This document shows, in pieces, positions 26,482 to 43,528 of a stretch of DNA of 64,000 bases. Below the pieces are notes generated by a model. That model was not told the DNA's origin, ran no database searches, and was given only the letters and a program-made list of their open reading frames with translations. Position 1 is the first letter of the stretch. Each line of letters starts with the position of its first letter. The stretch is from positions 685,103 to 749,102 of the forward strand of contig JAWQFM010000008.1 in NCBI GenBank assembly GCA_033442325.1, read 5' to 3'. The translations under genes and the position numbers were made by a program. The DNA comes from Salpingoeca rosetta (taxonomy: Eukaryota > Protista > Choanoflagellata).

Positions 26482-28193
26482 TTGTAATAACTAAAGTGAT
26501 GTCGCCTCGAGCATGTGGTGATACAATTCACGCAGTGCAACAGCAGCAAACTGCTTGCACGACGCACACAACCACACACAACCACACAACCACACACACA
26601 CACACACGCAGGAAACCGCAGGCCATGAACATGTGCACACATGTGCACGTACGTGGCAGGCCTTGTTCAAGTGGTGGATCCAAGTTCTTGATGGGCTTGG
26701 ATAGCAAGAGCTCAACAATGTGCCTGCACGTGGTGACGGTGGTGGTGTTGCAGAGGCAACACAAGGATGCGCACTGAGCTACGAGCATCGGCTGTCGGAT
26801 GTGCATGCGTGCATGCGTGCATGCGCAAGTGGTGTTGATTGCGTGTGTGCGCTTGTATGCCTGCATCCTTCACCTCGACCTCAAAACGTGTCTGCCTGCC
26901 CAAACACACGTGTGGTGAGGCACATGCCATGGGTGATCAACGCGATACCTCGGGCGGGTGACGGCAACAAGTTCGCCGAGGAGCACGTGCCCGAGCGCCT
27001 TGACCCATCCCATTGTGTTGATCACCAGCGGCGCGTCCCCATAGTGCTGCCTGCGTGCATATAATACATGCACACACGAATGTCGCGTGCGATGGAGATG
27101 AGAAATGCAGCAGATCATAGCAAGTGCTGACAACGGCTGTCTCGTGGAGTGTGCAGCACACACGAACGCAAGCGCGCACCCATGCACACGCGTGCAAATA
27201 CACACACGAGTGCGCAGGAACGCACGCGCACAGACACGACCTGTAGAACTCAAAGGCGCCAGCGATCGCCGAGGAGTATTGCAGAGGGAAGTCTTTCGGG
27301 GACACGTCGCCAAGATAGAACGACACAGCAGGCGTCTGACAATGGACGTGAAGGTTTGGGAAGGGGGAATGTGAGAAGTGGCATCAGATACAGGCACGCA
27401 TGAGCCAGGGAACAAGTGCACGGGCCAGTGGTGTGCATGTGAACGCAGTCGCGGAATACACCGCCACAGAGGTGCAGACGGGCAAGCACGCACTCGTGTA
27501 GACACAGATACACACACGCACGCAAGCACACGCAAGCACGCACGCAAGCACACACACACACACACATGCAAGCACACGCAAGCACACGCAAGCACACACA
27601 CACACACGCAAGCACACGCAAGCACACGCAAGCACACGCAAGCACACGCAAGCACACACACACACACACGCAAGCACACGCAAGCACACGCAAGCACACG
27701 CAAGCACACGCAAGCACACACACACACATTGATCACGCATTGATCACACCTTGATGTGGGTGAAGGGGGAGGAGAAGAGGGGCTCCGTGATCATGACAAG
27801 GCTGATGGTGGCCGGGGGCGTGCACTCCGCTTGGCCGATGTCGCCATCCAGCAAGGCAACGCGCGGGAAGCGCGACAGCAGGCGATTGACGAGATAGCGC
27901 AGGGTGGTCGACTTGCCGGCACCCTTGGCACCACACAGCAGGACAGATGGTGGGTTACGTCCGCGTGTCGCCAGCAGCTGGTCGGCAAATGATCTGCGCA
28001 AGTTGGCAAGGAGCCGCTGGATGAGTGAGAAGGGTGCACAAGCTGCGGGTGAAATCAAACAAGCATGCACGCACATACACACCCGCACACATCCACACGC
28101 ACACGAACAATCCACGCACACGCGCACACATTCACACATACACACACACATTCACACACGAACACATCCACACGCGCATACACGCACACGAAC

Positions 28194-28226
<33 letters not shown>

Positions 28227-29136
28227 TTCATACACACGCGCACGCACGCACAAGCGCATACAAGTATGCACGCACGCACCGAAGCTTGTCATCAATGATG
28301 GTACCGTGGGACGCCACGAGCAAGCCCGGAAGCAGCTGCGATCCAGGCTGCACGGCGCTCCCTGCTGTCGCATCACCTGTGTCATTATCAGCAGCGGTGC
28401 TGCTTTTGCTTGCCTTGGGGCGGGGCGCCTGAGCAGCATCCTCATCGTCGATGCTGTTTGCATGAACAGCGACGGAGTCCCTCGTGAGGGCTTTGAACGC
28501 CTGCGGATAGATGTTGTTGTGCGCAAACGCCAGAGCGACGTCAGACGGGTTGGCCAGCACAACCGCCACGAACCCAGCCGTACCGCGCCATCGTGCTTGC
28601 CCCTGCACCTGGTGTTGGTGTTGTTGCTGCTGCTGCTCCTGCTGCTGTTGCTCCTGCTGTTGCTCCTGCTGTTGCTCCTGCATCTGTTGTTGTAGTTGCT
28701 GCTGCTGCTGGCTGGATGCTTCAGTCAGTGTCGGAGCTGCTGTTGACGGAGGAGCACTGGCTGCATGATGAGGTGCGGCCGTGCTTGCCCCGGCTTCGAT
28801 CTCCTGCATCATGTGCTGGCACAGATGCACGAGCTTGGCGGTGTCTTCGTCGCTGTTGCCCGCGTGATGAGCGTCATCATGGCCACCGCCGCCAGTGCCT
28901 TCCTCGCGCAGTGCATTGCTCGTGCACAGTATGGATGGTGCTGATGCCGTCAAGGCAGCCGAGATGGCCAGCGGCGCGCATGCGCGGCTCAGAGCCGTGC
29001 CACAGACATCAAACTCGCCACGAAGCACGGTGATGGTATAGTCGCCATGCAGTGCAAAGGATGCACCGGCGGGCACGCGCATCAGCGCCGCCCGCTCATC
29101 CACCTGCCACCTCCAGCAGCCACCGCTCTCCTCCAT
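24101..29136 (-). CDS. NOL9: NOL9/Grc3 polynucleotide 5'-hydroxyl kinase (Clp1 P-loop family), multi-exon
   Basis: P-loop [12 protein letters not shown], then [43 protein letters not shown] and a C-terminal PY...[10 protein letters not shown]. Confidence 0.92.
26147..26246. other. Assembly gap
   Basis: 100 N. Confidence 1.
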
Positions 29137-29266
29137 TTGATCGGCGCCGTGTGTCTGTGTGCTTGTCAGTACGGTGCTGCGGTGTTTGTTGTTTGATGAT
29201 GATGATGATGATGATGATTGTTGTTTATGGGGGTGTTCAACGGATGAGTGATGTCAGTGGCGTCAA

Positions 29267-32269
<3,003 letters not shown>

Positions 32270-32685
32270 GATCAGTCAGCAGCGTCCGGCTCAGCTCTGT
32301 GTTCACGACACCACATAAAGTACGCCTCGAAATGCAGAATATTGGTTGAAAACATCTAAGAATCCCGTCAAACCACCACAGCGATTTCTTCTGCCCTTCT
32401 GCCCTTCTGCCCTTCTTGTGGTATTGCCTCATTTTTCTCTGCCACACTGCCATCGTTGCCACTGCCCACCAACTCTCACCACCGAGTGAGTGCTGTGCAT
32501 GTGTGCTCTTGTTGTTGTTGTGTGTGTGTGTGTGTGTGTGCGTGCGTGCGTGTGTGTGTGCTCTTGTTGTTTTTGTGTACTGTTGTTGTTGTTGTGTGCT
32601 CTTGGTGTTACTGCCTTGCCCGTGCCACGCAGGCACTGACGCTCCATTTTCTCCGTCGTCTTGTCGCCATTTTCGACAGGTCACC

Positions 32686-35359
32686 ATGCCTTTCCCTGAG
32701 GATGTCAAGCCCGGCGTCGTCGTCGGCGAGAACCTGCACAAGCTCCTCAAGTACGCCCAGGACGAGGGATTCGGTACGTGTGCACCGCCACCCTGTGTCT
32801 GCGTCTGCGTGTCACACGTATGCCCCATTGAAACACATGCATGCATCCACGCAACCACACAACAAACGTGCCTTTTTCCCTGTGTTTCGTTGGCGCTTGC
32901 TCTCCTCAACGTTGTCGACACCTTTGATCCCTTCCTTCTCTTATTCCTCTCGCCATTTCTTTGCCCCCCCCCTTGGCCTCGCTTGGTCGGGGTTGTTTCT
33001 GTTGGTTGCCCTCCTTCCCTTCCTTCCTTTCCCTCCTTGCCGTCCTTGCTGTGCCTGCAGCCATCCCAGCCGTGAACTGCGTGAGCACCAGCTCCGTCAA
33101 CGCCGTCCTCGAGGCTGCTGCCAAGGTCAAGTCCCCCGTCATGCTGCAGGTGTCCAACGGTGGCGCCCAGTTCTTCGCCGGCAAGAGCATCCCCAACAAC
33201 GAGCAGCAGGCCTCCATCGCTGGTGCCATCAGGTGTGTGCATGTGTGTGTGTGTGTGTGTCATGCGTGCATGCGTGCGTGCATGCATGCTTGAAGAATAG
33301 TCGTGTGCGCAATCGTCATACGCTGCAAACCTCTGAGAGATTCATTCAGCGCTGTACGACCTTGCCTGTTCTGCTCATGCTTCCGCTCATCCACACACAC
33401 ACCCCGGTCACTGTGCTCGTTTGGTTAGCTTTGCCTTCCACGCCCGCCTCATGGCCGAGCACTACGGCGTTCCCGTCATCCTCCACTCCGGTGCGGCCGC
33501 CAACACCTCTCCGCATCTTGCCTGGAATTTGCGTGCATGCATATTGCTTTGCTTCGCGGTCTGCGCTCGCTCGTGCCCACAGCCCCCTGTCCCCGTATCC
33601 GTGCAACCACCGCTGTGTGCTAGACCACTGCGCGGAGAAGCTCCTCCCCTGGCTGGACGGCATGCTCGACGCTGACGAGACATACTTCAAGGAGCACGGT
33701 GCGGTCGCTGGGCTGTGCGTGTATGTGCGTGTATGTGCGTGCTGGTGTGGCTGTGTGTGAATGTATACGCTGGTTGCACCTGCTGTCTCTGATGTGAATT
33801 TGCTTTCCTTCTTCACACATTGCTCACATGTACATGTGACGGCTTGCCCCGGGCGTGCGACCACCACAAATCGGCAACACAACCATCAATCGTCACCACC
33901 ACCATCACTTCCAGGCGTGCCTCTGTTCTCGTCGCACATGATTGACCTGTCTGAGTGCGACATGGAGAAGAACATCCGCATCTCTGGGGAGTACCTGAAG
34001 CGGTGCGCGCGCCTGAACATCCTGCTTGAGATGGAGATGGGCATCACCGGCGGCGAGGAGGACGGCGTCGACAACTCGGATGTCGACAACGCTGCCCTCT
34101 ACTCCCAGCCAGAGGACATCTGGGTACGCATCCCGCCTTTGCCTGCCGCTTACCCGTACTTGCCCGCTCACGTACACACCACGCGAGTGTGTGTCTGCGT
34201 GTCTGCGTGTGTGTCTGTGTGTGTCTACGTGTGTCTGCGTGTGTCTGTGTCTGCGTATGTGACATGTTAGTGAGCTCGCTCGCTTGTTCGTGCGTCACAC
34301 GTGTGTATGCATCAGGCGCCTGCCAACTGTGCATCCTCCGACTTCCTGCAGCTGTGTCGAATTGAGCGTTGTGATCTTGCTCACCATCACCAAAAACAAC
34401 CATCCACGTACCACCCTTTCGTTTGTGTGATACCTGCACCTTCATTTCCGATGCCATCAGCGCTGCTACAAGCATCTCTCTGAGATCAGCCACAACTTCA
34501 CCATCGCCGCCGCCTTTGGCAACGTCCACGGCGTGTACAAGGTCAGCAGCGCCGCATCACTGCACTGCATGGCCGCACTCTTGTTGAATTGTCGTGGCTC
34601 CTCCCGCGGTGTGCCCTGTGCTCCTGACAAACACAATCCTCACGTACCGCACCGTCAGAAATAGTTGCACACCTGCTGACGCTCCCATCCGCGCGTGGAT
34701 GTGCTCGCTCCTTTCATTCGTTTGTTCGTGTGTGTGTGTGTGTGTGTGTGTGTGTTTCGCTGATTTCCTCCCAAACAGCCCGGCAACGTGAAGCTGTCCC
34801 CCGAGATTCTGAAGCACTCGCAGGACTACGTCAAGAAGCAGCTCGGCACCGAGGACGACAAGGTGCGCCATGGTGGCTTGTCATCCTGCTGTGTGCACAT
34901 TGCCTTGTTTTTTTTTTTTTTTTCTTTATCAGCGACTGTGACAGCTTGGTTCCTACTTTGTCCTTCGCAACGCTCACAGATTTTACACACACGCTTGACC
35001 GCTGTTGTAATGTTGCTGTGTTTGCATGTGATTGTGCGTGCGCAGCCGGTGCTGTTTGTGTTCCACGGCGGCTCTGGCTCTGAGAAGTCGAAGATCAAGG
35101 AGGCCATCTCCTATGGCGTGATCAAGATGAACATCGACACAGACACACAGTGGGCATACTGGAACGGCGTCCGCGAGTACGAGGCAAAGACCCACGACTA
35201 CCTCCAGGTCCGATCTGTGTATGTGTAGATGTGTGTGCGTGTGAACGCGATTCGGTACTGTGGAGTTGCTTTTTTTTTTTTCTTCCCTGCAGGCATTGCG
35301 GTCGGTGACATGCGTGCTTACCCCTGTGTGCACCCACACGCCCATCCACCTGACGTGTT

Positions 35360-35448
<89 letters not shown>

Positions 35449-35772
35449 AGCGCAGGGCCAGATTGGCAACCCAGAGGGTGAGGACAAGCCCAACAAGAAG
35501 AAGTACGACCCGCGCGTGTGGCTGCGCAAGGCCGAGGAGAGCATGGTCAGTCCCACTCGCCAACGGTGCTGCTGACGCTGTGGACGTGTACATTGCATTC
35601 ACAACACTTGCCACTCTCACTCTGCTTGCACCCCACGTCATCTGTCATGGATGCACGCTCTACACCACCATGTCAACACCCACCCACACCACAGGTGAAG
35701 CGCCTTGAGGAGTCGTTTGCCGACCTCAACTGCATCGGCCGCTACACCCCCGCGGTCAAGGCCAGCCAGTAA
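32686..35772 (+). CDS. fbaA: Fructose-bisphosphate aldolase class II (FbaA/yeast FBA1 type); 10 coding exons and a probable 5'-UTR intron
   Basis: MPFPEDVKPGVV; AIPAVNC; QVSNGGAQFFAGK; ILHSDHCAEKLLPWLDG; LFSSHMIDLS; EMEMGITGGEEDGVDN; AAFGNVHGVYKPGNV; VFHGGSGS; KMNIDTDTQWAYW; NKKKYDPRVWLR. Confidence 0.97.
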
Positions 35773-36181
35773 ACCCTCGGCGCTGTGTGCACATGCGCTG
35801 CTGTCATGAGCGGTGCATGCTGCTGCTGTGTACGCGTGCGCGTGTGTTGATGGCCAATGAACCGTCCATGCACTACCCACGCGTGTGCTGTGTGTCCCAA
35901 CACAACCGTTTCAATGCATTTGCTGCTGTTGACTCCCGTTGTTGACATCTTCCTTTGCCTGGGTGCGTTTTTCTTGTTTCGCCCAACAAACAACATACAC
36001 ACACCCAAGCCACACCATCCTCAATACAACACACCATACAACCAGCAGCGACACGTTTGTGCAAAGAGAGGGGGTGATTGGGCATGATGCGACACAAACA
36101 CCACTACACACGCACCCCCACACGCACACGCACACACGCCACAAGCACAGATACACACACGCACGCACACAAACGCGTGTC

Positions 36182-36371
36182 CTATTTCCTCTTGCTCTTC
36201 TTGAAGGTCTTTGCGCGCTTGCTGTCAATGACACCGCCCCCAAACTCGCTGGCGATTGCGCGCTCGAAGACCTTGCGTGCGCCCCTCTTCATCTGCTGCG
36301 CTGCCGTCTTCTTCATCTCCCGTCGCCGCTTCACCTGCTGCCGCTGCGTCATGCGCCGCTGGTTCAGCACC

Positions 36372-36465
<94 letters not shown>

Positions 36466-37636
36466 CGTGCGTTGAGATGTAATGCAACACACATGCACGC
36501 TGTGCAACGCAACGCAAATGTACACACGCGACAAGCATAGCCGCGTGCACATCATGTCTCCACCTCCCCCTGCCTCAATACACAACAACAACAACAACAC
36601 CAACACCCTCATCATCAACAACAACACTCGACTCACGGCAATCTGCGAGGGCGCCTGCTGCAGAGCAAACGACTTTGCAACGTGGCCAAAGTGGAGGGCC
36701 GAGATGTGGAAGATGTGCTTCAACGCAGACGGATATGTGGCGTAGGACCTGCAAACAACAAGAAAGGGAGTTGTGGGAGGGGGGTTCGGGCAGACAATGA
36801 TGGTGGTTGAGTGAAAGGAAAAAGAGATTCATATGCCAGAGAAACAAGCACGAACGCATGCACGTAGACACACACTCACACACCTACACTCACTCCCTCA
36901 CACTCACTCACACGCACGCCCACGCACACCTGATGAAAGATGAGTAGGCGCGGCGCGCAGCGGCAGAAACATCCGGATTGTGCGACACGCGATTCTCAAA
37001 GTGAATTTGAAGCCTTGAGCATTGCAAAACAGCGTGGCGGTGATGGTCACAGCAGATGAGAACCAATAGCGAGCACAAGCCAAGCCATAGTGCAATAAGA
37101 CGACGACACACACGATCCAACCACACCCATCACGTCATTGCTACACACGACAGCCACATGACAACATCGGTGCCACATCACAACAACCCGCACGACACGC
37201 CCCTGCCATCACCATCACTACAGCCACCATCACCGCCATCACTACCATCACTGCTCACCTGATTGCGAGGTCGCGGTGGTCGCGGGCGCCGCGGTGCAGC
37301 GGCATGCGCTCAAGCAAGGACGACGCCTCAACAGGTGTTGGACTGCAGTGCGCCCGACACAAGACAGTGGTCGGTGGTTGGTGGTGAGTGGCTTCGAGGA
37401 AGAGTGTGGCGGTGATGTGCACAGTGCTGATGCGCGTTCGTAAATAATGTGCTCGCAAGTCCGTACTCGTGTGAGTGTGCATGCAGCACATGACAAGAGA
37501 CGGCAGAACAACAACTTTGACACACGACACTTGCTCGTGCTTACTTGAGGCCCTTTTCCTGAAGAACATCGGACACGAATTCCTGTTCCGATGGCAGAAG
37601 AAACAGCAACGACGTACCACCGCGTCCAGACCTGTT

Positions 37637-37675
<39 letters not shown>

Positions 37676-37776
37676 CGCGAAGATGAGCTGTCAGGTGCAG
37701 ATGCAAATCCTTTGTGTTGGGATGGACATGCCTCTTCTTCGCCACGTGTACCCAGCCGGCATCACAACAACAACAA

Positions 37777-37812
<36 letters not shown>

Positions 37813-39024
37813 GACGAGAAGTAGTCGTGTGCGCCACCCACCGAGCTGTGCGGCCGATGCGGTGCACGTAGTCCTCAATCGAAGCAGGCGCACTCAGCTG
37901 TATCACCCACGTCACCTGCGTACATGCGTGTGTTGAGGAGGAGATGTGGGCTCGATGGTGTGCTTATCAGCATGCGCGACTCAAACCGACACTAAACACA
38001 CACACAGAGAGAGCAAACGCAGCAAAATCACCGCAAGCACACAGCACACACTCCCGCACACATCGTTCCTTACGTTTGGAAGATCAAGACCACGTGCAGC
38101 AACGTCTGTGCAAATGAGGGCGGCATTGGGTGCCTGCAAGCAAAACACGCATGAGCATGAGGAAATTGCCATGGCAACGAGTAAACGCGGTGCACACACA
38201 CACACGTACCACATACGCACACACACATACACACACACACAAGCAACACACACACACATACGTCACACCATCATAACACACACGAGCAACACACACGAGC
38301 AACACCAGACACACGCAACAACGCACACACCTTGGCGAACTTTGAATACGCCTTGACGCGCTCCTTGTGTCGCATTCCGCCGTGAAGGAAGAACACGCGC
38401 AGACCCTGCAGGTACGTGGCAACACGGTTTTGGCCACCATCCTCCTGCTCATCACCGCTGTCATCGTCATCATTGTCGTCATCATTGTCGTCATCATTGT
38501 CGTCATCATTGTCGCCGTTGTGGCGGCTGGCCCCCATATCTCCCTCCTCGTCGCTGCCCATCGCAGCATCCTTGACTTCCCCAGCGCCATCACCACCGCT
38601 GCTGTGGCTGTCTCCACGCCCAGCGTTCGAATCGCCGGCACTACCACCAAACCCAAACTTGAACCCAACAAACTGCCCGTCGCCGCCGTCACCTTCGGCG
38701 TCATCGACAGCGGTGCTCGTGCCTGCAGGCAGCTTGTCTTTTCTGCGTTTCGCTGATACGAACGCGACGGCCTTTGCGCTCTTCCCGCTACCAGACGATG
38801 ATGCTGATGACGATGATGTTGATGCTGCGTCCGTTGCCTTGCTCTTGCGGCTGCCACCGTCGTCTGCGCCGCCTTGTGTCCTCTGTGCAAGCTTCGCTTT
38901 CTTGTTGTCTCTCTCCTTCTTTTCCTTTGCTCTTCGCTTCTTCTCCTCTCCATCTCCGCGGTCGTTGTCGTCATCGTCATCGATGCGCGCGTCCTGTGTG
39001 TGTGTGGGGGGGGGTGTGGGTGGG

Positions 39025-39055
<31 letters not shown>

Positions 39056-40335
39056 GTGTGTGTATTGTGCGTGCGTATTGTATGTGTGCGTATTGTACGT
39101 GTGTGATTGGTATGTGAGTGATGAGCGTGTGTGTGTGAGTGTGTGTGTGTGTGTGTGTGTGATTGGATATCAATGTGCTTGCCTGTGCATGTGTGCAGAA
39201 GAGAGGGGTCAACACCGCCACATACCTTGTGAATGTACGGCTGGAGCAGCTTCTCGTAGTACGACACCTCGTCACGACACGACACAAACACAATCACCTG
39301 CACAGTGCCACCACACAAAGAACATCACAGCATGAGGGAAACAGGCAGCGAGCAGGGGAGCGATGCAAGCAACGAATGATTCCCCTCCCGTAACACGCAT
39401 ACACACACAAGCACAAAACCACACAGTGCACGCACACGCACACGCACACAAAGCACACAAAGCACACAAGCGCGATGCACATGCCTTGTCGCTCTTCGGT
39501 GCACCAGAGCCGCATGTTGCCTTGAGCAGCGACGCTACACACATGAGGCGTTGCTGAAGACGCGAGCACGGCAGATGGTGATGGTGCAAGATGAGACAGG
39601 GTAGAGGGGGAGTGGGCAGGTGGTGTGTAAGAACATGGACATGCAGAGCAGGCAAAGTGCCGGAGGAAGTAAGGAGGAATGGCGTGTTAGTGTGGTGTAT
39701 TAGTCTTCATATGTGGTAGCGACGCGAGACGGAGCTAGATGGGCAGGTGGCGTCAAACAACAACCGCCCATGACAATACGCTCCCCGCTATCCCTTCCCT
39801 CAATGTCATCATGGCACATGACACGGCTCGGTGTACCTTGCATGGGACGATGGCCACCTGCTGCTTGAGCTTCTCTGGGATGACCCATGTCTTCGCATCC
39901 TTCAGTGCCTCTCCTCTTCTCGCCGCCCGGCGTTTGGCGCTGCTCATTGTGCCATCGTCATCATCACCATCACCATCGTCACCATCGTCACCACCGTTGG
40001 CGCCGATGCTGTCGTCACGGTCACGTGTCTGTGACGCGTCGTCGTGTTCGCCACTACCGGCTGCGTTCGTCGACTGGTCCCCCTCTCCTCCCTTCCCTGC
40101 ACCACCACTGCCACCACTGCTCGCGCCATCATCACCACCAGTGCTGCTGTCTGTGCTCTTGTGCAGGGTCTTCTTGGCGATCTTGAGCCGCCGTGTTGTC
40201 TCCGCGTGCGCATCCACGAACATCGGCTGCGACAGAATCATCTGGTGTTGCGGCGTGTTTGTGACGGAGGGGCAAACAAGGGGGGAGGACGGGTTGATGA
40301 AGGGCATGGAGTGTGAGAAAGATGTTGCGTGCATT

Positions 40336-40394
<59 letters not shown>

Positions 40395-40921
40395 AAGTGT
40401 GTGTTTGTGTGAGCGTGCGTGGCGCTCACGGCGAGAACACTCTCCATTCTCCACGCTCCCAGCAACAGACGCACACACACAGCAGCAGCACCACCACCAA
40501 CAATATGGTTGATGGGCAGTGAGGACACAGCACCTTTGCCAAGCGCTTCACGCTGTCCGTGAGTGTGGCGGAGACCAAGGCGTTGATCCTGTACCCAGCG
40601 CACAGCATCGCCATGTCATCGACGTTGAAATAAACAAAATGTCACGGTCCACACACACATGCACACATATGCACACACACATGCACACATATGCACACAT
40701 ATGCACACACACATGCACACGCACACACACGCACATGCACACACATGCACATGCCCATAAACACCCATACACCCACATACATCCACGTACACAACACGCC
40801 CCACCTGCGCTTTGACTTGTTGGTCTTGCTGCGGGCATCGTCCATGGCTTTGACAATCTTGGTCACGCTCTTCTCAAACCCTTCATCCATCAGCCTGCAA
40901 GCCAGAGGGGGGGAGGCAAGC

Positions 40922-40991
<70 letters not shown>

Positions 40992-42048
40992 CACGTCAAG
41001 CAGTGCATTTGCATGTGTGTGCGTGTGTGCACGAACCGATCGGCCTCGTCGAGAACGAGCCAGCGAATGCTCTTGAGCTGTAGCGATTGCGTGCTCTCAA
41101 TGTGGTCGAGAAGGCGACCAGGGGTGGCGACTGCACAGTGCGCACGACAGATGACATATGAGGAGGACGTTGGCGCTCGGTGACAGCAGCAAATGCACAT
41201 CCATATGCAACGTATGCCTAAGAATTACACAGCCACGTACACACACAGCCTCGCACACACACACACACAAACACACACACACGCACAACAACTGTGTACA
41301 CACACACATATGAACTGCCATGCAACTCACTGAGGACGTTGATGCCCTTGCGAATGCTGGCCTTCTGCGACTTCTTCTTCTCGCCACCAGTGAGGAGACC
41401 AGGCACGATCCACACCGAGGACGAAAGCAGTTGTTTGATGACCTCGAAGCTCTGCTTGGCCAACTCACGCGTTGGGCACAGCACAACTGCCAGGGGCCCA
41501 TCTGAGCGCTTGACGCGGAACTTGAGGTTCTGCAAGTCGTTGATGATGGGCACCGCGTAGGCCAGGGTCTTGCCCGTACCTGTGGCTGACCGCAGCATGA
41601 CATCCTCGCCTGCAAGAGAAATACAAGGGATGCGGGGAAGGGGGGAAGGGTGTGTGTGTGTGAGTGCGCATGTTGCTTGCGCGAGCCACCCGCATGCAGC
41701 AGCCCTTAAACGCACGTACGCACACACATGCACGTAGACGTGCACACGCACACGCACACGCACACGCACACGCACACGCACACGCACACGCACACGCACA
41801 CGCACACGCACACGCACACGCACACGCACACGCACACGCACACGCACACGCACACGCACACGCACACGCACACGCACACGCACACGCACACCTTTGAGCA
41901 TGAGTGGGATCGCCAGCTGCTGCGGCTTGGTCATCTCCTCCAGCTTGAGGCGCGTTGCGATGCACTTCTGCAAACGCTCAGCCAACGCCAGCTCGCTGAA
42001 CCGCGTGCACCTGCCCTTGGGCTGCTGCTTCTGCCCTTGCATCTCCAT
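36182..42048 (-). CDS. DDX31: DEAD-box RNA helicase DDX31/Dbp7, multi-exon
   Basis: Q motif; SATGTGKT; PTRELA; family-specific [27 protein letters not shown]; DEAD; SAT; [11 protein letters not shown]; HRIGRTAR; [11 protein letters not shown]. Confidence 0.95.
41742..41891. repeat. (GCACAC)n hexamer microsatellite in DDX31 intron 1
   Basis: Visible tandem repeat. Confidence 0.95.
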
Positions 42049-42223
42049 GCTTCCCCCTCAACTGCCTGCCTCAATCCAAGAAGCGATCGCAAGCAAACTC
42101 CTCAACACAAGCAAGCAACAAGTCAGCTGACAACTGCACCCACGTGGTCTGCTGTTGCTTTGTGTGTGTTTGTTTTCGTGAGATGAAGAATTGCACACAC
42201 ACGAGGGAGGACAACCAACAACG
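42049..42223. promoter_or_regulatory. Putative bidirectional promoter between DDX31 and CysRS
   Basis: Only 175 bp separate the divergent start codons. Confidence 0.5.
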
Positions 42224-42841
42224 ATGATGAGCTGTGGTGGCAGGGTTGCTGCTGGTGGTGGCAGGGCGTTGCGGGTGTTTAATGGGCTGACAAGGCAGCT
42301 GGAGACGGTGAACCCGGCCGGGGTGAACGAAAGAGGGTGGCTGACATGGTATCAGTGTGGACCTACGGTGTATGATCACTCGCACATCGGACATGCAGTG
42401 TGCTTCCAGCGCTTTGACATCTTGAGGCGCGTCATGGAACGCCACTTTGGGATGCATGTGCTGCAAGTCTGGGGCATGACAGACATTGACGACAAGATCA
42501 TTCGGAAGGCACACACAGAGCAGCGTCACTGGCAGGTTTGTTGGGATGTGTGGTGGAGGGGTGTGTCTGTCTGCCTGCCTGCCTGCCTGCCTGTCTGTCT
42601 GTGGTGCTTGCGCGGGCAAACGTCATCTTCTTGCTCTTTCTCATATCTCTGTCTCTGCGACCTCGGCCCGCCTCCCATATGCTTATCTCTCACGTCTTCA
42701 CTAGGATATTGCTCGGCAATATGAGGAATCGTTCTTCCAAGACATGGCTGCGTTGAATATCCTTCCACCAGCCCATATCACGCGCGTCACGGAACACATC
42801 GACGAGATCATTGAGTTCATACAGGTGCAGTTGTTGTGCAT

Positions 42842-42901
<60 letters not shown>

Positions 42902-43497
42902 CGGTGTGGGTCGGTGTGGGTCGGTGTGGGTGTATGTGGGTGTGCGGGTGTGGGTGTCATTGTGTGTGCATCTGCTTCTCTGTCTCTGTGTCTCTGTCTG
43001 TCTGTCTATGTGTGCAGGTGTGTGTGTGTGTGTGCGTGTGTGCGTGTGTGTGTGTGTGTGTGTGTTAACCCAGTGTTGTGCTTGTCAACAGCTGCAAGTC
43101 CAGCTCACAACGCAAGCGCGTGTGTTGCCCGTGTCTGGTTCAAACAGGGGATTCTTGATCGAGGGCACGCGTACGTGACGCCGAGTGGCGTGTACTTTGA
43201 TCTTCAAGCCTTTGGTGAGGACAAGTACGGCCGCTTAGGAAAAGGGGTGCAATCCACAGCAGCAGCGTCAACACGTGCAGATGCAGATGCGGGTGCTGCT
43301 GCCGACAGCAACGACGCTGCACATAAGCGACACCGTGCAGACTTTGCGCTGTGGAAGCGCGGTGACGCTGGGGACCCAACATGGGACGCTCCATTTGGCA
43401 AAGGCAGACCAGGGTGGTGAGTCAAGGCTGCACATGGTGTGTTTGTGTTTGTGTGTGCACGCGCGCGAGTCGTGCGTGCGTGTGTGTGTGGGGGGGG

Positions 43498-43528
<31 letters not shown>

